Of a stretch of DNA of 64,000 bases, positions 20,590-30,031 are shown in pieces (position 1 is the stretch's first letter; each line of letters opens with the position of its first letter). A program made the translations under genes and the position numbers. The notes under the pieces are model-generated. The model worked only from the letters and a program-made list of their open reading frames with translations, was not told the origin of the DNA and ran no database searches. Origin of the DNA: a virus (taxonomy: Duplodnaviria; Heunggongvirae; Uroviricota; Caudoviricetes); the IMG/VR virus record IMGVR_UViG_3300029288_000055, positions 170,764 to 234,763 of that record; one strand, given 5' to 3'.

Positions 20590-22695
20590 ATGAATTTAGA
20601 ATGTTTAAATGGTATAATTACCGACAATCTTGCTATACACATAGACTTAACTCAATTGAAGTCATGGAACTTAAACAGTGGCTTTACATCAATTAGTTTA
20701 ACTAAATGGGCAGGTGCTGTTTCTGAGAACATTAACCTTATGGACTTTGGATTAACTGAGTTCGATAATGGAAGAACCAATCTTATGTGGAGTGGGATAA
20801 CTCTCACACCTGCGGATACATTGTTTCATATGTATAGAGTGGGATACAATCAAATTATAAATCCAAGTACTGGCAATACAAGTGGTTATACTGCAACAAC
20901 TGTGCACACTGGATATGCAATAACTGGCGCATCTGCCACAACTGGCAATTATTTTATACTTAATGGTGGATATTTACAAGGATTTTTCAAAGCAGAAGGA
21001 TATGGCTTTGAATTATTACCCAAAAGATATGGCACTGGTATTACTATTGAAACTCTCGTATATCTTTATCCTGACTCTCAGGGCATATTTTATATGATGG
21101 GTGCACGTTCAGAAGATAAATATAATCCGTATTTCAGTGGTGAAACAATAACTGGTTTAACAACAATTAATACTGGTTTAACTCCATCAATAAGACAAAC
21201 ATTTACTGGTGTTACCACAAGTTATGATAATTATTTAAATAGTTTTGAAAAGGTTCGAACGCTTAATAGTGGTTTCAGAGACGAAAGTTTAATATATCGC
21301 ACAGAATACGTACAGCCAGCAGCAAGTGCCAACACAGTAAATAATGTAATTGCTTTTGAATTAACTCAGGATAAACATATTGCTTATAAATATATTGATG
21401 TTAACGGAAACATTGTAATCAATACATCGGCAGCAAGAATTGCTGCAACAGGTTTCACAATGATTGATATGGTATTTACACCTAACAATATACTTATAAC
21501 ACCATTTGAATTAGAATGTACGCCACAAAGATTAGGTAAAATGATGTTCTATGTTAATGGTCGTCCAATTTGGATTATTCATGATTTTCCAGAATTCTAT
21601 TTTCACGCATTTAACACTGATAAAGAAAAACAAATAGGTGAACCATATTCAATTAGTTGGGGTGGTGGTTCATTTGGCTTAAAACATTCATGGCATTATG
21701 ATTTTCAAACATACCTTCTTTATGGTGGTCAGGATACTAATTATATAAATAATAACTTTTTCATTGAAGCAGACCCAATTTCAACAGAATGTTATACTGC
21801 ACCAACAGGAAGCACTTATTTAACTGGCTTAACATTAAGTGCTGATAGTACCACATTTAAAATTGTAGATAAATGTACTGCACTTGAAAGTCCACTTACA
21901 GTAATGCGTGTTGAATATACTGGAGCAACAGGTACTTCAGCAAATACATATTTTATTAAATTTAATCATCCTATCACAGTATTATCGAACAGAGAATATG
22001 AAATTAATCTATCAATGTTTAATAATGGTTTCTTTAAAACCATTGATAATAATGGTAATTTTATCACTAACAGAATTAGTATTTTGGTTTATGGCGATGT
22101 TGATATTAATATATTAAAAGAAACACAATATGTACTTCCAATGACAGTAGCAGAATTTGCAGCATTAACAAATCTTGGTTTACATCCAATTATTGATAAA
22201 CAAGAATTTCAATATTCATTAAATGGTATTATATATTTTGGCGTGACAGGCATACCAGTTATAAGTCAATATTTAATGTTATTTGGTGGTAATATTGATA
22301 ATATTGCAATGTTTCAATCACCGCAACAAATATTTATTACTGGTGAAGACACATGGATACCATTAAAAACTACTTTCAGTACTAAAGATAATACAGGCAA
22401 ACATCAAGTACATATCGGCATTTTACTTGAATCCAGCGAAACTTTTAATCAGAATAAACCGTTATTCTTTAACAATTTTACATATAGGGGTGCAGACATA
22501 TTAATACAGGATACAAGAAAGAATGATCTATTAATACAACAAAATTTTGATTCATCATTTATTGGTGGTATTCAGAAATTGAGAGTTTATAACAATGCAT
22601 TAACTTCACCAGAAGTATTACATAATGCACTAATAGAAGCAAATTTAAATCCAAACTTACTTGTGAGCAAAGGTGGTAGAATTATTTATAGATAA
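20590..22695 (+). CDS. virion structural protein, LamG/concanavalin-like
   Basis: Thr/Gly-rich beta-type sequence; C-terminal FIGGIQKLRVYNNALT. Confidence 0.55.
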   Translation: MNLECLNGIITDNLAIHIDLTQLKSWNLNSGFTSISLTKWAGAVSENINLMDFGLTEFDNGRTNLMWSGITLTPADTLFHMYRVGYNQIINPSTGNTSGYTATTVHTGYAITGASATTGNYFILNGGYLQGFFKAEGYGFELLPKRYGTGITIETLVYLYPDSQGIFYMMGARSEDKYNPYFSGETITGLTTINTGLTPSIRQTFTGVTTSYDNYLNSFEKVRTLNSGFRDESLIYRTEYVQPAASANTVNNVIAFELTQDKHIAYKYIDVNGNIVINTSAARIAATGFTMIDMVFTPNNILITPFELECTPQRLGKMMFYVNGRPIWIIHDFPEFYFHAFNTDKEKQIGEPYSISWGGGSFGLKHSWHYDFQTYLLYGGQDTNYINNNFFIEADPISTECYTAPTGSTYLTGLTLSADSTTFKIVDKCTALESPLTVMRVEYTGATGTSANTYFIKFNHPITVLSNREYEINLSMFNNGFFKTIDNNGNFITNRISILVYGDVDINILKETQYVLPMTVAEFAALTNLGLHPIIDKQEFQYSLNGIIYFGVTGIPVISQYLMLFGGNIDNIAMFQSPQQIFITGEDTWIPLKTTFSTKDNTGKHQVHIGILLESSETFNQNKPLFFNNFTYRGADILIQDTRKNDLLIQQNFDSSFIGGIQKLRVYNNALTSPEVLHNALIEANLNPNLLVSKGGRIIYR

Positions 22696-22747
22696 TTATT
22701 ATCCGTCTATATGCTATTTATATACTATTGAAAGATAATAAATAACT

Positions 22748-22951
22748 ATGAATCGATTATCAGAAATTTATGAAGGTTGGAAAAATCTTACATTTCCAAC
22801 TCCAGAAACAGAAAAGATTGCGAAAGAAAGAATTGAAATTTGTGTTGAGTGCAAAAAACTTAATCCTAAGAATTGGTGTATGGTATGCGGTTGTTATATG
22901 CCAGCAAAAGTTAGAAATCCCAAATCACACTGTAAATTAAAAAAATGGTAA
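22748..22951 (+). CDS. small Cys-rich protein
   Basis: CxxC...CxxCGC...HCxxxKW. Confidence 0.55.
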   Translation: MNRLSEIYEGWKNLTFPTPETEKIAKERIEICVECKKLNPKNWCMVCGCYMPAKVRNPKSHCKLKKW

Positions 22952-23368
22952 TTATTGTCTATTTGTTGTAAGAATATATGTATCTTCTAATGCAACACCT
23001 TGAAATTCATCAGTATCTAAGCAAAATTTATTAAAACCACTAATAAGTTGAATTATACCATTTAAATTAAGTTCAAGTTTACCACTCAAACATGCAATAT
23101 CTTTAATATATTCTCTTTTAAGTAAAACGACTTCCGCACCTTTAGGTAAGAAATAAAAAATTGTAATATCTTCAGGTCTTTTCTCGTCAATAATTTTTTT
23201 ATATCTGATTTGTTCGTTTGTATGGCAATTATCCCAATCAGTAAAAAAACGAATAATTATGCCATCATCAATTTCATGAATAGAGGGAAGATGCTTAAGT
23301 AATTCTTTTTTTCTTTTCAAAATTAATTCATTAACTTTATCTAATATAACTTTTCTTTCATTTGTCAT
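22952..23368 (-). CDS. hypothetical protein, possibly cupin-like
   Basis: 138 aa ORF with a beta-rich C-terminal half. Confidence 0.45.
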   Translation of the reverse strand: MTNERKVILDKVNELILKRKKELLKHLPSIHEIDDGIIIRFFTDWDNCHTNEQIRYKKIIDEKRPEDITIFYFLPKGAEVVLLKREYIKDIACLSGKLELNLNGIIQLISGFNKFCLDTDEFQGVALEDTYILTTNRQ

Positions 23369-23380
23369 ATCATTAATTAA

Positions 23381-23989
23381 TTAGCAATATGGTACATTTT
23401 GAATTTTATCTTTTATTTCGGGAGTACTAATATCCATACTTGTATAATTACCAATATATCCTTCAACATATTGTCTAATAAACAATACTTTTATTCTTGG
23501 TGGTGCTTTTTCAAAAGCAACAAATTTAACTTCATCACCGTCTGATGTATTTAAGTCCACATTTATATCATTCCAATTAAAACCATCAAACCACGCATTA
23601 CCTGATGGTGCAACATATCTACCCCAATCCCCGGGGTCATAATTGTCACTTTTACTGATTGAAATATTATTACTATAAAAACTTAAATCAAATACTACTG
23701 GTTCTTTTTTTTGATCATATTTATATTCAATTTTGAGAAAATATTCAAGTGTTAATTTTTTTGCATCTTCAGAATCTTTTTCCCAATCACCACCAATTTT
23801 TGAGTCAAAAACATCAATTTTTATTTTATTTTTTTGCTCTAAAAGTGAATCACAAATAAATTGCTTTTGAAAGTCTTCATTTTGCAATAAATCAATGATT
23901 TCCTGCTCTTTCAATTGTTCTTCATTGCCCAAAAAATCAAACCCAGAAACTTCTTCATTAATTATTTTTATTAAATTTTTGTCAAACAT
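23381..23989 (-). CDS. hypothetical protein with IINEE N-terminal motif
   Basis: 202 aa; upstream GTATTTAT motif. Confidence 0.55.
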   Translation of the reverse strand: MFDKNLIKIINEEVSGFDFLGNEEQLKEQEIIDLLQNEDFQKQFICDSLLEQKNKIKIDVFDSKIGGDWEKDSEDAKKLTLEYFLKIEYKYDQKKEPVVFDLSFYSNNISISKSDNYDPGDWGRYVAPSGNAWFDGFNWNDINVDLNTSDGDEVKFVAFEKAPPRIKVLFIRQYVEGYIGNYTSMDISTPEIKDKIQNVPYC

Positions 23990-24254
23990 GAGAATATTTT
24001 ACAAATAAATACTTAATACTTTATATAAACGCTAAATTATTCATTGCTTTCAAGTATTTATGATATGAAAAGTCATTGCTTAATTCACTAATTAAGTTAG
24101 GTCTGGTAAAACAGGAATGCCTTTAAATTTTTATTGCCAAATAGTGGTTATGCAAAATTTTAAGACTTCTGAAAAATTAATAGTAATTGCACCGCATAAA
24201 AAACGGTGCAATTTTTTTAAGTGGTAATTAAGTATTTATAGAAAATTCAATATC

Positions 24255-24917
24255 ATGAAGAATAATAGTACAAAAGAAAGATTGTTTGAAGTTATTGGTA
24301 GATTAGATAAAACATTTAAACCAATTGAAGATAAAACAATTGCCACAACATATCAACTTGTCACACCCGAAAGTGCTGAAGCTGGTGATTTTTCAGATCA
24401 AGGCTGGGTAAATCAAGAAGGTGAATCAATGCTTCCTAATAAATATGAAATAGAAGAAGGTATAACAGTAGTTGATAAAGCAGTTAAATTTTTAAAAGAT
24501 AATGGTGGTACTGAACCATCATCAAGTCAATTTCATGTTGGTGTATGGTATTCTACACCAGACCCAGATAGAGATTATAAATATATTCAAACTGGTGAAG
24601 AAAAATATTATTCATATCATTTAAAAGGATTTACTCTTGAAGAAGAAGCAGAAATTTATAAAAAAATTCAAGAAAAAGAAAAAATTATACCCGAACAACA
24701 AACAAATATGCAACAATCACAAGACGTAACATATACTGATAACACATATAAAGTAATTGCACCCATACTTAGAAGAGTTAGGACAGTTGATCAATTTCCT
24801 TTAGCATTTAAAGGTTGGTTTAGCTCATTGGGATATAATCCACAATCATCACCACTTACAATAGCACAGGCAAGAATAATGGTTGAACAAGTTATGAGAG
24901 AATTAGGCTATAAATAA
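24255..24917 (+). CDS. protein with RLFE N-terminal motif
   Basis: STKERLFEVIGRLDKTFK. Confidence 0.6.
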   Translation: MKNNSTKERLFEVIGRLDKTFKPIEDKTIATTYQLVTPESAEAGDFSDQGWVNQEGESMLPNKYEIEEGITVVDKAVKFLKDNGGTEPSSSQFHVGVWYSTPDPDRDYKYIQTGEEKYYSYHLKGFTLEEEAEIYKKIQEKEKIIPEQQTNMQQSQDVTYTDNTYKVIAPILRRVRTVDQFPLAFKGWFSSLGYNPQSSPLTIAQARIMVEQVMRELGYK

Positions 24918-24953
24918 AAAATTTACTTTTTTTTGAAAATAATTGTGATTTTG

Positions 24954-24984
24954 TTTGTATTTATGATTTTAATGTATATCTTTG
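24954..24984 (+). promoter_or_regulatory. Bacteroidota primary-sigma promoter, tRNA operon A
   Basis: TTTG(24954)-N19-TATCTTTG(24977). Confidence 0.8.
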
Positions 24985-25018
24985 CGAAGAGTTTTTAATA
25001 AATGTTATTTGTAAGACG

Positions 25019-25093
25019 ATGAAAAATTTAATAAACATAGTACCACAACCCCAACAGCATCCACAAAGTTTGGAATGGGGAAACTATGCTTAA
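25019..25093 (+). CDS. leader peptide A, MKNLINIVPQPQQHPQSLEWGNYA
   Basis: Eight consecutive Pro/Gln/His codons; located between promoter and terminator. Confidence 0.85.
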   Translation: MKNLINIVPQPQQHPQSLEWGNYA

Positions 25094-25124
25094 ATTTTTC
25101 ACAGGAAAATTTTTTAGGTTAGAC

Positions 25125-25155
25125 AAACCCCATTCATATTGAGTGGGGTTTTTTT
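25125..25155 (+). terminator. attenuator terminator A
   Basis: aaaccccattca-tat-tgagtggggttt plus T-tract; 5' arm complementary to leader gaatgggg (25073-25080). Confidence 0.85.
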
Positions 25156-25180
25156 ATGGTGTTCGTTGAAATATTTTTAT

Positions 25181-25275
25181 CAGGGTGTGAGCGAGTTGGT
25201 TGAAGCTGCTGGTCTTGGAAACCAGTCACGACACAAAGGTGTTGTCGTGCGTGGGTTCGAACCCCACCACCCTGA
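25181..25275 (+). tRNA. tRNA-Pro(TGG), long variable arm
   Basis: cagggtg/caccctg acceptor, ctggt-cttggaa-accag, C1-G72 and A73. Confidence 0.8.
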
Positions 25276-25331
25276 CGTTAGAGGATTAACTATATATGAC
25301 TGTACTTGGGACTGGCAAATTAGTAATATTT

Positions 25332-25407
25332 CGAGTAGTTGGGGAGTTGGTCACCCCGCCACATTTGGGATGTGGAGAACTCGCAGGTTCGAATCCTGCC
25401 TACTCGA
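25332..25407 (+). tRNA. tRNA-Pro(TGG)
   Basis: cgagtag/ctactcg, ccaca-tttggga-tgtgg. Confidence 0.88.
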
Positions 25408-25409
25408 CT

Positions 25410-25486
25410 GTGCTAAGTGTAGATGTTGGCATTCTTCACCTGACTGTGAATCAGGGTTTCGTGGGTTCGATTCCCATTTAGCACCA
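25410..25486 (+). tRNA. tRNA-His(GTG), irregular acceptor/D junction
   Basis: cctga-ctgtgaa-tcagg; T arm gtggg-ttcgatt-cccat. Confidence 0.7.
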
Positions 25487-25519
25487 AAAAGCGTGATAAA
25501 AGCGTTTATCACGGAATTA

Positions 25520-25595
25520 CGGGATATAGTTCAGTTGGTAGAATGGGTGCTTTGGGAGCATCAGGTCGTCAGTTCGAGTCTGGCTATCCCGACCA
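25520..25595 (+). tRNA. tRNA-Pro(TGG)
   Basis: cgggata/tatcccg, ggtgc-tttggga-gcatc, encoded CCA. Confidence 0.92.
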
Positions 25596-25598
25596 CAT

Positions 25599-25675
25599 GG
25601 TGATTGTAGAGGAATTGGTAAACTCGCCTGACTGTGAATCAGGTATTTGCGGGTTCGACCCCCGTCCTTCACCCA
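25599..25675 (+). tRNA. tRNA-His(GTG)
   Basis: G-1 start, cctga-ctgtgaa-tcagg, C73. Confidence 0.85.
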
Positions 25676-25755
25676 GCATCGTTTGGCGAACGATATGAAT
25701 CGGTTTCTTAATGCCCTGATCGCAGGGTGGCGTATAGTTGAAGCATCGCCTACAT

Positions 25756-25829
25756 TGCCACATGGCGCAATTGGCTAACGCACCTGACTCTGAATCAGAA
25801 GATTGTAGGTTCGACTCCTACTGTGGCAA
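25756..25829 (+). tRNA. tRNA-Gln(CTG)
   Basis: tgccaca/tgtggca, loop ctctgaa. Confidence 0.88.
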
Positions 25830-25836
25830 CAACAAA

Positions 25837-25941
25837 TTATACCCGATCAGGACTATGAATTCATATGAAATTTACATAAAATTCTGGGTATTAATGTCTT
25901 AGCAAAAACGCTAAAATTACGATAGTCCTGATCGGGTATAA
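25837..25941. repeat. perfect 20-bp inverted repeat in a tRNA spacer
   Basis: ttatacccgatcaggactat ... atagtcctgatcgggtataa. Confidence 0.9.
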
Positions 25942-25953
25942 AATAGTATAAAC

Positions 25954-26037
25954 TGTCCTTTGGCAGAATGGTTATTGCATCGGTCTTTGAAGCCGACACC
26001 CCCAACGGGTTTGTAGGTTCGAATCCTACAGGGACAA
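25954..26037 (+). tRNA. tRNA-Gln(TTG), long variable arm
   Basis: tgtcctt/agggaca, tcggt-ctttgaa-gccga, variable stem accc/gggt. Confidence 0.82.
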
Positions 26038-26085
26038 CTTTTTTAATGTTCTTTGATATTTCATAATTATTATTACCTTTGCAAA

Positions 26086-26862
26086 ATGTATTATGTAGTT
26101 CAGGAAAATGTATTCAGGGAAGAAAATTATGACAATTTAATATTGGCATTGGATAAACTTACCTTACCATATGAAATTGTCAAAGTTAAACCCTTTATTG
26201 AAACATTCAGAATACATACCAGAAGAAAAGATATCTTTCCTTTTGGTTCATTGAAAATGGCAAGAATATCAGCGAAACGTGGCTGGCGACCCGGTTCTCA
26301 AATGAATGCTAATCACGATTATTTGGTTTATCGTGACTATTATAAAGAAAATCTTTTGAATTATGATTCACACATACAGAAATTTGGTGATGATTTTTTC
26401 AGTAAAGAAACGTTCTTTGCACGACCAACACAAGATACGAAAGTATTTACAGGAAAGGTCTTTGACATGCAAGAATGGCGAGAATTTGTGGCATATTCTC
26501 TTACTAACGGTCATAGTACCTTATTGAATATTGACACTGAAATTCAAATATGTTCAGTAAAAAAGATTCAACAAGAGATCAGGTTCTGGATTGTTAAAGG
26601 TGAAATTGTTACCGCAAGTCAATATAGACTTGGAAACAGATTGGTGCTTAGTGAAAATGTTGATCAGGCAGCTTATGACTACTGTAAGAAAATGGTTGAC
26701 ATATTTCAATTGAACGATGCTTTTGTAATGGATTTAGCTTTAACTGAAAATGGATATAAAATCATTGAATGTGGTTGCATTAATTGCGCTGGATTTTATA
26801 AAGCAAATATGCAGAAACTTTTAATGAAACTTGAAGATAGTTTTAATTGTCCTATGGTGTAA
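26086..26862 (+). CDS. ATP-grasp protein (DUF4343/R2K-like)
   Basis: FFARP..DTKVFTGKVF, EIRFWIVKGEIVTASQY, FVMDLA...KIIECGCINCAGFY. Confidence 0.75.
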   Translation: MYYVVQENVFREENYDNLILALDKLTLPYEIVKVKPFIETFRIHTRRKDIFPFGSLKMARISAKRGWRPGSQMNANHDYLVYRDYYKENLLNYDSHIQKFGDDFFSKETFFARPTQDTKVFTGKVFDMQEWREFVAYSLTNGHSTLLNIDTEIQICSVKKIQQEIRFWIVKGEIVTASQYRLGNRLVLSENVDQAAYDYCKKMVDIFQLNDAFVMDLALTENGYKIIECGCINCAGFYKANMQKLLMKLEDSFNCPMV

Positions 26863-26921
26863 TTGGTTAACACGTTGGATTTTGATTCCAAAGAGTCGGG
26901 GTTCGAGTCCCTGTAGGACAA
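26848..26921 (+). tRNA. tRNA-Gln(TTG)
   Basis: tgtccta/taggaca, ttgga-ttttgat-tccaa. Confidence 0.9.
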
Positions 26922-27078
26922 CAAATTTTTATGGTTATGAGCAAATTAAGAGTAGGTAATAAACAAAATGCAATTCTAAATGGTGAATGGGCAGGACACA
27001 TGCGCAAGTGGGGAAAATTCTTCACCGCCAAAATACGTAGAAATGTAGATAAGAAAATAATAAGAAACGAAATTAAAA

Positions 27079-27453
27079 ATGAGCTATAATCTATTCCTTG
27101 ACGATTTTCGTGAACCAGAAGATGCATTTAATCACACAAATAATCAATTATATTTAATTGGTTGGGTTGTTGTTCGTAATTATAATGAATTTGTAAAAGC
27201 AATTGAAGAAAAGGGTATTCCTGAAATGATTTCATTTGATCATGATCTTGCGGATGAACACTATGAATCTTATAAACAATATGGCGAGTATAAAGAAAAG
27301 ACTGGTTTTCATTGTGCTAAATGGTTTATCAATTATTGTATTGACAACAAAAAAGAACTTCCAGCAACAATTCTTATACATTCAATGAATCCTGCTGGAA
27401 GTGCTAATATTAAATCTTTGTTCGATACTTATAATAAATATTTCAGAATTTAA
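27079..27453 (+). CDS. cyclic-phosphate-processing receiver-like domain protein
   Basis: LFLDDFR, ISFDHDL, TGFHCAKW, IHSMNPAG. Confidence 0.7.
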   Translation: MSYNLFLDDFREPEDAFNHTNNQLYLIGWVVVRNYNEFVKAIEEKGIPEMISFDHDLADEHYESYKQYGEYKEKTGFHCAKWFINYCIDNKKELPATILIHSMNPAGSANIKSLFDTYNKYFRI

Positions 27454-28449
27454 TTATCTTCTTCCTGAACTACCATTACTACCCGAACTCCTGCCACCGC
27501 TTGAGCCAGAGCCACTTGAACTATTCGAGTTATTTGAATAATTTGAACTTCTACTGTTGCTAAAATTACTTGAACCACCTGAATTATAACTTCTTGATGG
27601 AGTGTTATTATTGCTTCTTGAGGGCACAGAATAAGTACGTGTTTGAGTACTTCTTTGTGTATTTGGTTGTGAATAAGTACGTGTTTGTGTAGTTGTTTCC
27701 ACTCTTCTATTAGTTGTAACACCTATTCTACTATTATTATATTGTGGACGAGTATTTAAACGTGGATTTTCATAAGAAGGTGTATATGTTCTCCTATTTT
27801 CTTGATAAATTGCTCTATTTTGTGGACTGGTAGTACGTTTTTCTTGTGGTACAACTCTTTGTATATTGTTATTATATGTGCTTGATAATGTTGATGGTCT
27901 TTCTCTACGACCATATCTACCACTCCAATTATGATTATTACTATATCTCCAAGGACTCCAGTAATTATATCCAAAATAAAAATTATTGTAATACCAAGGA
28001 CTGTACCAGTTTCTCATAAATCTAAATTCCCAATACCAATCATAGCTATCATACATCCAATAATTCCCAAAATAAAAATTGTTATAAAAATAATAAGGAT
28101 TGTCATACATCCAATAATTAAATCCATTATGATAAAATCTTCCTATATTATATGAATAAAAGAAAGGGTCATAATTATATTCATATATAATTTTAATTTC
28201 AGAATTGTACTTTATAAGAGTATCTACAACCTCATTAACATCATTTATTTTTTGTTTTTTAATCTTTTTAGCATCTTTACTTGGTTGATAATAAAGGTCA
28301 TCATATTCTGGTTTATCAGATACAACTGTTTGATTATTATTTATTGAATCTTCTCTTGCTTGCCAATACTTCTCATAATTGGACTTTTTTTGTGCCGATA
28401 AAATACTTGTTAAAAGTATAAGGCAAATAATTATTAGTAATCTTTTCAT
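27454..28449 (-). CDS. exported Tyr/Trp-rich protein with Ser/Gly/Arg-rich tail
   Basis: Signal peptide MKRLLIIICLILLTSILSA; low-complexity C-terminus. Confidence 0.6.
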   Translation of the reverse strand: MKRLLIIICLILLTSILSAQKKSNYEKYWQAREDSINNNQTVVSDKPEYDDLYYQPSKDAKKIKKQKINDVNEVVDTLIKYNSEIKIIYEYNYDPFFYSYNIGRFYHNGFNYWMYDNPYYFYNNFYFGNYWMYDSYDWYWEFRFMRNWYSPWYYNNFYFGYNYWSPWRYSNNHNWSGRYGRRERPSTLSSTYNNNIQRVVPQEKRTTSPQNRAIYQENRRTYTPSYENPRLNTRPQYNNSRIGVTTNRRVETTTQTRTYSQPNTQRSTQTRTYSVPSRSNNNTPSRSYNSGGSSNFSNSRSSNYSNNSNSSSGSGSSGGRSSGSNGSSGRR

Positions 28450-28541
28450 AGTTTCATATATTATATTGCAATAGTATAAATAGCAATATCCGTACCAAAG
28501 TTTTTTTAACTTTGCTGTGTATTTATTATAAATTTCACATT

Positions 28542-28925
28542 ATGAGCAAACGTGCCACAAAAGAAAGACTTTTCGAAGTTACTGGTAGACTTGATAAAAC
28601 ATTTAAAATAATAAATGAAGAAGTTGCACCTGAAAATATTGCGGTTTCATCACTTGGTGGTGTTGTTGAAAAAACTGATCTTAATGAAGCATCATCAAAA
28701 TCACCAATTAATTTATATGTATATTTTGCATATAATTTTCCAAGCAATTTTATTGAAAAAACATGGGCAAATAACCCAAACATAATGGAACATTTGAAAA
28801 ACAAGTTCAATGGATACTATACCAAATATGGTGCTGAAGGGGTAATGAACAGATTTTATGTTGAATTAGATATCGAGAATCAAAGAATTTTAGAAGATTG
28901 GATATTACATAATTATAGCGGATAA
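28542..28925 (+). CDS. protein with RLFE N-terminal motif
   Basis: ATKERLFEVTGRLDKTFKIINEE. Confidence 0.6.
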   Translation: MSKRATKERLFEVTGRLDKTFKIINEEVAPENIAVSSLGGVVEKTDLNEASSKSPINLYVYFAYNFPSNFIEKTWANNPNIMEHLKNKFNGYYTKYGAEGVMNRFYVELDIENQRILEDWILHNYSG

Positions 28926-28945
28926 TAAAAATAAAATAATTAACT

Positions 28946-29275
28946 ATGAAAACAACAGATAACAAACAAAGACTTTTCGAAGTCTTGGGTAAAATAGACC
29001 CAACATTTAAACCAAGTGCACAACTTCTTACCGAATGGAACTTTGATAAGAAAAAAGGTGAAAACAAAGAAGAAGATAAAGACGAAGATGAAAAAGACAG
29101 CAAGAAAAAATTCAACTTCGAAAAAAAAGAAGATAAAGAATCCAAAAAACATGAGGAAGTTGAAAGTCCTGAAGAAGAAAAAGAAGAACATGAAGATAAA
29201 AAAGAATTAAAAGAAGCCGATGCACCTGCAGCAAAAAAAATACCTGTTAATGCAATAGCTAAAGTTGGTAAATAA
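28946..29275 (+). CDS. highly charged protein with RLFE N-terminal motif
   Basis: DNKQRLFEVLGKIDPTFK...LLTE followed by a K/E/D-rich tract. Confidence 0.6.
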   Translation: MKTTDNKQRLFEVLGKIDPTFKPSAQLLTEWNFDKKKGENKEEDKDEDEKDSKKKFNFEKKEDKESKKHEEVESPEEEKEEHEDKKELKEADAPAAKKIPVNAIAKVGK

Positions 29276-29325
29276 GATAGAATTATTCTAAATAACATTA
29301 TTTTGTGAATTTTTTTACGAAAAGA

Positions 29326-29355
29326 TTTGTATTTATGAAAAATTGATTATCTTTG
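29326..29355 (+). promoter_or_regulatory. Bacteroidota primary-sigma promoter, tRNA operon B
   Basis: TTTG(29326)-N18-TATCTTTG(29348). Confidence 0.75.
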
Positions 29356-29389
29356 CAAAGATATTTAAAACAAATTATGATTTAAAACG

Positions 29390-29482
29390 ATGAAAAATTT
29401 ATTCGACATATTGGTAGCAGTCCTCATGGTGGATGTCCTATTATGGGCAGCCGAAGAGGATGATCTATGCGTAGTCGGGTAA
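29390..29482 (+). CDS. leader peptide B, MKNLFDILVAVLMVDVLLWAAEEDDLCVVG
   Basis: Residues 8-26 are all L/V/A/M/D/W/E. Confidence 0.85.
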   Translation: MKNLFDILVAVLMVDVLLWAAEEDDLCVVG

Positions 29483-29519
29483 TACTTTGAATATTACAAC
29501 CTCCTTTCTTATAAAAAAG

Positions 29520-29559
29520 AAACCCGACTACCCTAAATTTAGTCGGGTTTTTTGTTTTT
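29520..29559 (+). terminator. attenuator terminator B
   Basis: aaacccgacta/tagtcgggttt plus T-tract; 5' arm complementary to leader gtagtcgggt (29471-29480). Confidence 0.88.
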
Positions 29560-29570
29560 AGTGGTTGTAG

Positions 29571-29582
29571 GTTCTTTGACAT
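29571..29582 (+). promoter_or_regulatory. boxA-like antitermination element
   Basis: GTTCTTTGACAT just after the terminator; near-identical copy at 55626. Confidence 0.55.
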
Positions 29583-29593
29583 GTTGGAATTTT

Positions 29594-29672
29594 GGTGCTG
29601 GGGTCTGCTTGGTGTGGACGCATGACTGTCACTCATGATATCAGGAGGGTTCGATTCCCTTCAGCACCGCCA
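29594..29672 (+). tRNA. tRNA-Asp(GTC)
   Basis: ggtgctg/cagcacc, catga-ctgtcac-tcatg, G73, CCA. Confidence 0.88.
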
Positions 29673-29781
29673 TTCTCAACCGAAAGCAAGTAGGTTACTG
29701 GTGAAGCGGAGATCGTGACTCCAACCTTGATGGTTCGTTCCTGAGAGGGCATGGTTGCAAAAAACAGTTTGGGGATATTTT

Positions 29782-29854
29782 CGAGGCTGTGGTGTAATGG
29801 CTAACATACCTGACTGTCACTCAGGTGTCTGGGGTTCGAGTCCCCCGGTCTCGG
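29782..29854 (+). tRNA. tRNA-Asp(GTC), apparent 8/4 fold
   Basis: cgaggctg/cggtctcg acceptor, gggg/cccc T stem, cctga-ctgtcac-tcagg. Confidence 0.8.
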
Positions 29855-30031
29855 CACATTTTTACTGCCAAAGCAGTAAAAAATAAAAATTTGAGGTAAA
29901 AAGTATCGTTAATATCACTTTTTTATTTACTTTTACCGTTTTGGCAGTAAAAAACGACTATTTGTTAAGAAATAATAATTTGTTTCAAATAAAGTGCATT
30001 ATTTTGCACTAAATAAATTAATAAAGTATTT

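Noticed and set aside
25139-25603. ORF-track ORFs over tRNA clusters (also 30906-32690, 55403-57219, 60271-60996)
   Set aside because: They are shadows of GC-richer tRNA sequence with no protein motifs.
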